Shown piece by piece: positions 47,019 through 53,893 of a DNA stretch of 53,893 nt. A program made the position numbers and the translations under genes. The stretch comes from an uncultured Candidatus Bathyarchaeia archaeon (lineage in GTDB: Archaea; Thermoproteota; Bathyarchaeia; 40CM-2-53-6), in assembly GCA_964601325.1 (NCBI GenBank), contig CAZRNA010000005.1:1-53893 (forward strand). Direction: 5' to 3'. Position 1 is the first letter of the stretch. The number at the start of each line of letters is the position of its first letter. The notes beneath the pieces were generated by a model that saw only the letters and a program-made list of their open reading frames with translations, was not told where the DNA came from and searched no databases.

Positions 47019-49538
47019 TCAGTAGGCTCTCAAGAGTTCGGTGCGAACGTTGCCTTGCCGATCGCGGTAAGCAAGTTGCCAATTCGGCGCCCACGCCAGT
47101 GCGACCGTCTCCACCTCAATGTCGCTCCTGGCCGGTCTTACGGGAACTTCATCAAATGCTTTCGTAGCGTCGTCCCAACGTGCTGTGATGGCAGTCGTCT
47201 CCTGCTGGAGCTCGCCTTCTAGCTGATCAATGTCTTTCTGCAAGGTTTCCACGCTATCAGCCGCTTCTTGAGCCCGCATCTCAGCCGCGCCCTTCTGACG
47301 ATACTTGCTTAGAGCGGTGGAAGCGGAGCGCATTGATCGTCGGCCTAGGAACATACCCAGCACCGACTCACCAGCAGAAACCACGACTTCTCGCTTTCGT
47401 GCCTCGGCATCCGCCTGTCTCATAGCAACGGCTGTTTGCGCGCGCCGTAGTCGATCCTGAAGCGTTCGCAGACGTGTTTCGTAGCTCTGATTGACCTTGT
47501 CCACTTCCTCGTCTCGTTTCTCGCGTGCGGACTGGCTCAGTCGCATGCGGAAATCGCGTTCGGTCTCATTAGATTGAGAGTACGTTTTGAGAGTCGAGCT
47601 GTAAAGCAGTTTCAAACTACTGTTGTGGTAGAGGTGATCGGTCAGGTCATCCTTGAGCGTGTTGAGCTCTCGTGCCTCGTTGATAGAGTCAGGCAGCTGG
47701 TCGAAACGAGCATCTGGCTCTGGATGGTTCAGTAGATCGCGCGATGTCAGACTCAGTGACTGTGCGTCTTCCCAGCGTAGCGGTCCGGTACCGCTCGACG
47801 GCTGAGCGAGCAGCGCAAAATCTTGTGAGGTATCCACATTGAGGCGCCGGTCTGCAAAACGGATGCGGCCAATTCCCAACGCGGCCGGCACATAGAGAAT
47901 AAAACGATTCTGCACCTCAACTGGCCCGCCAGCTTGTTTCTCGATATCCTGCTGGACTTCAGCCGAGCCCCTACGCGTCGGGACATAGACCTGTTGAATC
48001 TCAGATGGAAGGACCGGGGGTGACGCCGACAACTGTCGTGCTATGGCGGTCGGTGTAGGCGCAACCATGGCAGGCGTTCCGAGCGATGTTCCAGCCTTCG
48101 CCATAGGTGTAGCCACGGACGTGTCAGGCTGTCTTCCGTTCATCAAGACATGGATCTGGTCCTTGGTCAGCGGTCCGCGTAGGTAACTCATCGCCCACCT
48201 AGACTGAAAAGTCACGGGCGCATCCTCGTGTACGTTATGCAACAAGAAGACTCGGTTGGCCAGTGAAGAGATGATTTTGTCCATCGTATTCCGATTCATT
48301 GTCTTGCCGGCGACCGAAGTGGCACTCTCGAGACCTTCGAGCAGGCGCATCTTGTCTCGCTCAGCTTGCAGCCGGCCGATGAGCCACGTGCCCGCGTTCG
48401 TGAGCCCCTTGTAGTCCAAGTCAACAGGGTTCTGCGTAGTCAACACGACGCCTAGGCCGAAAGCTCTGGCTTGTTTCAGCAAGGTAAGCATGGGTTGCTT
48501 GCTAGGAGGATTAGCCACCGGCGGGAAGTAGCCGAAGATCTCATCCATGTACAGAAGCGCACGTAGGCTGGTTGTGCCGGGTTGAGCACGCATCCAAGTA
48601 ATCACTTGGTTCAGCAGCATCGTCACAAAGAACATCCTCTCGCGATCGCTCAGGTGAGCAATATAGAAGATTGAGTGGCGAGGTTTGCCGTCCGGCGTGC
48701 TGAAGAAGCTGGCCGCGTCCAAGGGCGATCCTTTGAGCCAGCTTTGAAAACTCGGTGCAGCAATTATGTTGTTGAGGCTGATCGCGAGTTCGAAACGGTC
48801 TTTCTGGGGGAAGAACGTGTCGACAGGAAGGACACCGAGTTGACTGATAGGAGGATTCTGAATCGCCAAAATGAGCTTCGCAAGATCCAAGTCTTGGCCT
48901 TGACGCCAGAAATACTGAAACAGATTAGCCAACAGTATGTGCTCCCGAGACCGCACCGGATCAGCATCAATCCCAATGAGCCCCAGGAGCGCGCTCACGG
49001 TTCCTTGAATGCGCTCAAGAATGAATTCAGAGTCAGTCTCCCAGCTTAGTGCTGGTGCAACAAAAGACTGCAGGATAGACACTGGAACGCCTGCGTCGCT
49101 ACCTGGAGTGTAGATCACAAAATCTGTTGAGTCTCGCAGCATTTTGATCCGAGCTTTGTCTTGACCCCAATCAGCGAGCCCCTTGCTCCACATATCCGCC
49201 TGTTGAGCAGCGAACTGATCTTCGCTGAGGCCTTTGCGTTGCGCGTCGTCCACGTTGATCCAAGGCCGGAAATCTTCCGGGCGCAACTCGGGAAATGTAA
49301 GCAGCAGGTTCGTCATGTCGCCTTTCGGATCAATTATGATCGCCGGCACATGGTCAATCGCGGCCTCCTCAAGGAGACATAGGCACAGGCCGGTTTTGCC
49401 ACTGCCGGTCATTCCGACGCAGACGGCGTGGGTCGTCAGGTCGCGAGCGTCGTACATCACGAGCTGATCTAGCAGTTTTCCCTTCTTCAGATCGTACTCT
49501 TTGCCCAGATAGAATGAGCCTAGTTTCTCAAAGTCCAA
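47019..49538 (-). CDS. HerA/FtsK-superfamily (DUF87-type) ATPase with C-terminal coiled coil
   Basis: GMTGSGKT, IIDPKGD, YMDEIFG, ARAFG.G.VL.TQNP.D; long C-terminal helical region. Confidence 0.88.
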   Translation of the reverse strand: MDFEKLGSFYLGKEYDLKKGKLLDQLVMYDARDLTTHAVCVGMTGSGKTGLCLCLLEEAAIDHVPAIIIDPKGDMTNLLLTFPELRPEDFRPWINVDDAQRKGLSEDQFAAQQADMWSKGLADWGQDKARIKMLRDSTDFVIYTPGSDAGVPVSILQSFVAPALSWETDSEFILERIQGTVSALLGLIGIDADPVRSREHILLANLFQYFWRQGQDLDLAKLILAIQNPPISQLGVLPVDTFFPQKDRFELAISLNNIIAAPSFQSWLKGSPLDAASFFSTPDGKPRHSIFYIAHLSDRERMFFVTMLLNQVITWMRAQPGTTSLRALLYMDEIFGYFPPVANPPSKQPMLTLLKQARAFGLGVVLTTQNPVDLDYKGLTNAGTWLIGRLQAERDKMRLLEGLESATSVAGKTMNRNTMDKIISSLANRVFLLHNVHEDAPVTFQSRWAMSYLRGPLTKDQIHVLMNGRQPDTSVATPMAKAGTSLGTPAMVAPTPTAIARQLSASPPVLPSEIQQVYVPTRRGSAEVQQDIEKQAGGPVEVQNRFILYVPAALGIGRIRFADRRLNVDTSQDFALLAQPSSGTGPLRWEDAQSLSLTSRDLLNHPEPDARFDQLPDSINEARELNTLKDDLTDHLYHNSSLKLLYSSTLKTYSQSNETERDFRMRLSQSAREKRDEEVDKVNQSYETRLRTLQDRLRRAQTAVAMRQADAEARKREVVVSAGESVLGMFLGRRSMRSASTALSKYRQKGAAEMRAQEAADSVETLQKDIDQLEGELQQETTAITARWDDATKAFDEVPVRPARSDIEVETVALAWAPNWQLAYRDRQGNVRTELLRAY

Positions 49539-49617
49539 CGTCTATCTTCCAACAATAATGTGAATCCGAACTATACAAGTGTGATATTTCAGCCGGCCGG
49601 TATAGCTGCGCCAGAGC

Positions 49618-50169
49618 TTACTCTAGAGCTTCGGCCATCGTTATCTCGTCCACGTATCTTCCATCCTTGAAGAACTTCTTCGGAATCCGGCCGGTCTCCA
49701 CGAAGCCGAGTTTCTGGTAGACGTGCTTCGCGCGTTCGTTGGTCGCATAGACGCTTAGTGTTAGAAGTTTCAAGCCCACAGAGCGAGCCTGTTCGATCAA
49801 GGTCTTCATTATCTCTGTCCCGATTCGCGAGTCTCTGTAACCGTTGCCGATTATGATCCCTAGTATCCCGACATGCTTATCGTAACCACTGGTCTTTCTA
49901 CCGAAGTCGGCGCTCCCAACAACCTTGCCATTCACCTCAGCAACCAAGTGGAATGTCTCATCCTTCTCAAGACGAGCTAGAGTCTTCGATAACCAGTCGA
50001 TCTCCTCATCCCTCGAAATCTTCTCGTCAATGAGTATGTCGGCTCGTTCTTCGACAAGCGAATTGATCAGCCCCAATAGATCATCAAGATCATTCCACGT
50101 GGGGGTCCTCAGGACTACTTCTCGCCCATCCTTTGCAGAGAACGTTCGAATAATTCTCCCCGCCTTCAT
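49618..50169 (-). CDS. GNAT-family N-acetyltransferase
   Basis: H.G.LGI.I...YR..RIGT, L.V...N.RA...Y.KLGF.E.G. Confidence 0.92.
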   Translation of the reverse strand: MKAGRIIRTFSAKDGREVVLRTPTWNDLDDLLGLINSLVEERADILIDEKISRDEEIDWLSKTLARLEKDETFHLVAEVNGKVVGSADFGRKTSGYDKHVGILGIIIGNGYRDSRIGTEIMKTLIEQARSVGLKLLTLSVYATNERAKHVYQKLGFVETGRIPKKFFKDGRYVDEITMAEALE

Positions 50170-50332
50170 GGCAGATCAGACTAGGTGACTGCAGCTGGCT
50201 ATTTGGTGCCTATGTTCTATCTCGATGTGTTTATGGTTCAGAACCAGGCATCCTATGCTCGTAGGCGCTAGTCATGTCTCATGTTGCCCGTTACATAGAA
50301 TCCGTAATCTTGGAGTCTGGGTGGCGCTAGAA

Positions 50333-51334
50333 ATGGGGAGAATGGCTCTCTACCTTCAGGATAAGCATCCGATCAGAGATGGCATCATATATGCTCAGTT
50401 TGCCGAGAAGCATGGGTTTGAGGCGGTGTGGCAGGCTGAGTCGCGTCTCGCAAGAGATGCGATAACCCCGCTGGCTGCCATGGCGACGGTGACGAGCAAG
50501 ATCAAGCTTGGCACAGGCGTGATCAACAACTGGACCCGGAACGTGGCTTTGACAGCACAGACATTTCTCAGCCTTGACGAGCTGTCGGGCGGCAGGATGA
50601 TCTTGGGCATAGGCGCTTGGTGGGATCCGCTCGCCTGGAAAGTGGGTATCGATCGCTCACGACCGCTGAAGGCGATGAGAGAGTACGTGGAAGTTCTCAG
50701 GCGTCTCTTCAGGATGGAGACGGTGACATTCGATGGCGAGCACGTCAAGGTGAGAGATATCAGGCTGGATGTGGTCCACGGCGACCCTGACACTCCGCGG
50801 AACATTCCAATCTACATAGGCGCGACCGGATGGCAGATGATGGAGCTCACAGGAGAGATCGCTGACGGTGTGGTTCTGAACTATCTCGTCTCACCACAGT
50901 ACGACCAAACCGCCATGGAGTACCTGAAGTCGGGCGCAAAGAAGGCCGGCAAGAAGGTCGAGGACATTGACCGACCTCAACTTGTCGTATGCTCACTTGA
51001 TGAGGACGCTGACAAGGCCATGGACGGAGCGCGCCCATTGATCGCACAATACCTCGGACAACAACCGCACATCGCCAAAGCCAGCGGCGTCAAGGACACA
51101 CTGATCAAAGAGGTTACGGAGGCCCTGGGAGGATGGCCGGCAAAACCAGGCGGCCTCGAGAAGGCAATGGAGCTCATCGACGACAAGCTCGTTCAGCTGA
51201 TCACTGCATCAGGGACAGCCGACGATTGCCGCAGGAAAGTCGAAGAGTACAGCCGAAGCGCGTGCACTTGCCCGATTCTATACCCGCTGGGAGAAGACGT
51301 TGAAGCGATGATCTCAGCCTTCTCTCAAACATGA
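50333..51334 (+). CDS. LLM-class, Mer-like (probably F420-dependent) oxidoreductase
   Basis: [52 protein letters not shown]; start at ATG 50333. Confidence 0.92.
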   Translation: MGRMALYLQDKHPIRDGIIYAQFAEKHGFEAVWQAESRLARDAITPLAAMATVTSKIKLGTGVINNWTRNVALTAQTFLSLDELSGGRMILGIGAWWDPLAWKVGIDRSRPLKAMREYVEVLRRLFRMETVTFDGEHVKVRDIRLDVVHGDPDTPRNIPIYIGATGWQMMELTGEIADGVVLNYLVSPQYDQTAMEYLKSGAKKAGKKVEDIDRPQLVVCSLDEDADKAMDGARPLIAQYLGQQPHIAKASGVKDTLIKEVTEALGGWPAKPGGLEKAMELIDDKLVQLITASGTADDCRRKVEEYSRSACTCPILYPLGEDVEAMISAFSQT

Positions 51335-51379
51335 GAGCCAAGCAACGAGAAGATACCAGAAAACTTGACTTTCCAATTC

Positions 51380-52993
51380 CTATTCTGGAGGAATTAGTGC
51401 AAACGTAGCCTGCATGTCAATCTTCTCGCTCAGTCTCTTGCGCTGAATCCAGTAGTACACGCTCGCTCCCACTGCGGACCATACGACGAAAAGCAGGAAC
51501 GAATCACGAGAGCCTAACACGAATTCGCCGAAGAGGACGAGACATGTGGCGAAGGCCAAGACCGCTACTGGAATGTTGAACCATCTGAGGTTGAACGTTG
51601 CCTTCTTCAGGATCAGTGGTTTCTCAAACCAGACTGAGAGAATGCTCAGCGACACCAGAATGTATGTCCACAACATACTCAACGTTGCAAGATCGAGGAC
51701 TTTGAAGTAACCAGTATAGTTGCATTCAATCGCGGCTAGGAAGGCGACAAAGTAACTCAAGACGAGTGCATGAGATGGGACGCCCCGCGTGTTCAATTTG
51801 GTGAATGTTCGAGGAGCCATGCTGTCAAATGACCATGCGAAAACGATTCTCGATACGCTCATCATCAACGGAAAGATGTCGCTGAGAACTGAGATAGCCA
51901 ACGCAAATGAAACAAACAATAATGCATACGGCGGCAGCACGAATGCGTACAGATCCAACACGCTAGAATCGGGATGGGCGTTCACGTATCCCGCCGCGAA
52001 TTCCCAAGGCACCAGGTGATACACACTGAACGAGTAGAGGAAGTAATAGACTGCTGTGAAGATGACAGCCGCCACAATTCCTTTCGGGACCGCCCTCTCG
52101 GGATTCCTCACCTCCCCTGAACCTGCGATCGCGGTCTCCAGTCCCCAATAAGCAAAGAACAGTATCGCTGCAGCTTGCAGGAGCACCGCCAGACTGAATT
52201 GGTTTCCTGATCCAACCGTTCGTCCCGCTTCCAAGATAGATGAGACTGCCTGATCTCCCAGTTTCGATTCGACGTTCTGAAGGAAGAATGATTGTCCGTA
52301 AATGAGTCCTATGATCGTCGTCAGTATTCCGCCGGCAATGAAGACTACGAAGGAAAGCCTAGTTGCCCACTTGAGGACTCTCGCCCCGGTGAGGTTGACT
52401 AGGAAGCAGATCGTCAGTACAACCAACGTGAGGATCGTGTTCCAAGCTGGCGAGTACCCGCGGGAAACGCCGAGTAGGCTAAGGGAATCTGAGAAAAGAA
52501 ACGCGGTCGTGTAGGCGATGAAACCGAGAGCTGTCGTGACGCCGAACCACTTGGTCCATGATGCCCAGAACCCGAGGAACGGGTGAAACCCCCTAGAAAT
52601 GAAAACGTAGTCCCCTCCAGAACGTGGAATCGAGGAGGCGAAGATCGCGTAGCAGAGAGCCACAAGGATCGCTGGTATTCCAGCAACAAGAAACGCGAGC
52701 GGAACGAACGATTGTATCCCTGGGACGAGATTCTGGATCGATATACTGCGGACGGCGATTGCCAAGCCGATGAGTGTACAGCAAGTCATGACGAAGACAT
52801 CGAATGCGCCGAACTGCCGCTTCAGCCCCGTTTTAGCGCCCGCGAAGCCTACATCGTAGTCCTGCATTCGTTCCCTGAGTCTCTTCGTTTCAGCCTGAAT
52901 GTACTGGAAGTACAAGCTCTTCGTTATCTTGTCAGCTTCCGCCCGGACTTGCTCCTCATCAATCAGGATGTCGCCTTGAGTCACACGGCTCAC
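51380..52993 (-). CDS. APC-family amino acid permease
   Basis: LKR, YA......PRSGGDY.F.SR, FFAYWG.E......EV.NP.R.VP, SR..FA.S.D...P..F; 12 TM. Confidence 0.92.
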   Translation of the reverse strand: MSRVTQGDILIDEEQVRAEADKITKSLYFQYIQAETKRLRERMQDYDVGFAGAKTGLKRQFGAFDVFVMTCCTLIGLAIAVRSISIQNLVPGIQSFVPLAFLVAGIPAILVALCYAIFASSIPRSGGDYVFISRGFHPFLGFWASWTKWFGVTTALGFIAYTTAFLFSDSLSLLGVSRGYSPAWNTILTLVVLTICFLVNLTGARVLKWATRLSFVVFIAGGILTTIIGLIYGQSFFLQNVESKLGDQAVSSILEAGRTVGSGNQFSLAVLLQAAAILFFAYWGLETAIAGSGEVRNPERAVPKGIVAAVIFTAVYYFLYSFSVYHLVPWEFAAGYVNAHPDSSVLDLYAFVLPPYALLFVSFALAISVLSDIFPLMMSVSRIVFAWSFDSMAPRTFTKLNTRGVPSHALVLSYFVAFLAAIECNYTGYFKVLDLATLSMLWTYILVSLSILSVWFEKPLILKKATFNLRWFNIPVAVLAFATCLVLFGEFVLGSRDSFLLFVVWSAVGASVYYWIQRKRLSEKIDMQATFALIPPE

Positions 52994-53158
52994 CGAGAGG
53001 CACGTCCACTAGTCCTCCCCCGAGGGCTCTTAATCTTGCGTTCGATCCTTGGGATATGCACAGGACAAAGCGGTTGCGAGCGGGGGGGCCACGAAAAGCT
53101 TGAGAGTCGGCATGTGAGTGGCTCTCGCTGCGTGGAGGTTCAGCCAATCCAGCCGAAC

Positions 53159-53767
53159 ATGAGGAAGGGGCTCCTAGTTCTGATATTCGTTATCGCCGCA
53201 GCATCCGGGATCTATGCCGGGGCCGCATTGGGTCCCAGTCTTCCTTGGCACGCAGCGTCGGGAACCACAACAGTCTCGTTCACGGCCACAACGACCGTCA
53301 CATCAATTGTAACACTCGCAGCCACGACCGAACAGGCAGTAGTGGAGGGAGACTTCACGTTGCCCATCGTTGGCTCCAAAGGGCTGACCGGCAGTAACTT
53401 AACGCTATCCAGTTTCCGGGGCAACGTGATAGTGCTTGAATTCATGAGACCTTCGTGTCCGTTCTCACAGAAAGCAGCACCATTCATGGAGAAGCTCTAC
53501 GAGCAATACGCGAAGAAAGGAGTCATCTTCATCGCGATTGCTGGACGCTGGGATGCTTCATCCGCCGCCGTTGCAGAGTTCATCCAAACGTACAACTCGA
53601 GCCTGACCTACGTCTACGACGCAACGGGCGAAGTATTCCAAACGTACGGCGTAAAGGCAGTCCCGACATTGTTTGTCCTATCGAGAAGCGGAGCCGTTTC
53701 GTCATCTTATCTGGGCGCGCCTTCCTATGATATCATCGCAAAGGCAATAGACGAACAGCTCGGATGA
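53159..53767 (+). CDS. membrane-anchored TlpA/redoxin-family protein (CxxS)
   Basis: N-terminal TM and Thr-rich linker; DFTL, LS.FRG.V.VLEF...SCPFS, YGV.AVPTLF. The 52583 start in the ORF track is a shadow over the APC gene. Confidence 0.85.
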   Translation: MRKGLLVLIFVIAAASGIYAGAALGPSLPWHAASGTTTVSFTATTTVTSIVTLAATTEQAVVEGDFTLPIVGSKGLTGSNLTLSSFRGNVIVLEFMRPSCPFSQKAAPFMEKLYEQYAKKGVIFIAIAGRWDASSAAVAEFIQTYNSSLTYVYDATGEVFQTYGVKAVPTLFVLSRSGAVSSSYLGAPSYDIIAKAIDEQLG

Positions 53768-53818
53768 GTGCTCCTCTAGTTCCAGTGAAGGAACAATAGC
53801 CGGAACTTTGGGCGACTG

Positions 53819-53857
53819 ACATTTGACAACAAGAGGATACATTTGACAACAAGAGGA
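53819..53857. repeat. perfect 19-bp tandem direct repeat
   Basis: ACATTTGACAACAAGAGGA-T-ACATTTGACAACAAGAGGA. Confidence 0.9.
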
Positions 53858-53893
53858 CGCCGCTACAGGCGCGGATATCCTCTAGCTGTTCTG

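Noticed and set aside
52583-53158. N-terminal 192 aa of the 394-aa ORF
   Set aside because: Overlaps the APC permease antisense; the real redoxin starts at ATG 53159 with a TM leader.

Overview
53.9 kb of archaeal chromosome. The evidence is a KaiC/RAD55-family domain, F420-type LLM oxidoreductases, a CydA/CydA' pair, GGTGA/GGAGG SD motifs and frequent TTG/GTG starts. The gene content is reminiscent of Bathyarchaeia (inference only). The window has two parts. (1) About 1-21 kb is a mosaic accessory region: small membrane and zinc-ribbon genes, an LLM oxidoreductase, a degenerate KaiC-like domain fused to an adenylate cyclase, a methyltransferase, a 5'-truncated Rieske fragment, a TMEM175 channel, a surface phosphoesterase, a complete type I restriction-modification operon with an embedded orphan PIN nuclease, a HisKA remnant, a GH99-like surface glycosidase and an EEP nuclease. 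Many intergenic gaps from 1.39 to 18.64 kb carry an unannotated modular repeat family. One module has about 13 degenerate copies on both strands, with the geometry of a tRNA 3' end (GTTCAAAT-N5-CGCYCGC-ACCA) followed by WGAGACCCACAC. The other is a related hairpin whose arms co-vary between (GT)n/(AC)n, (GGT)n/(ACC)n and (GTC)n/(GAC)n. These repeats bracket 1-7 kb gene modules, including the RM operon, and I found none in the remaining 35 kb. This is the best candidate for an undescribed system: a tRNA-derived REP/BIME-like or cassette-boundary element. (2) About 22-54 kb is densely packed metabolic and transport genes: ADH, ROK fructokinase, AKR, FMN reductase, S9 peptidase, cydAA', rubrerythrin-like, pfkA, VIT1, GlcD-like, IorA-like, esterase, scpB, EamA, rubredoxin, MFS, HerA-like ATPase, GNAT, Mer-like LLM, APC permease and redoxin. 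No intact tRNA, rRNA, CRISPR array, integrase or transposase was found. All assignments come from motif recognition by eye; no database searches were run.
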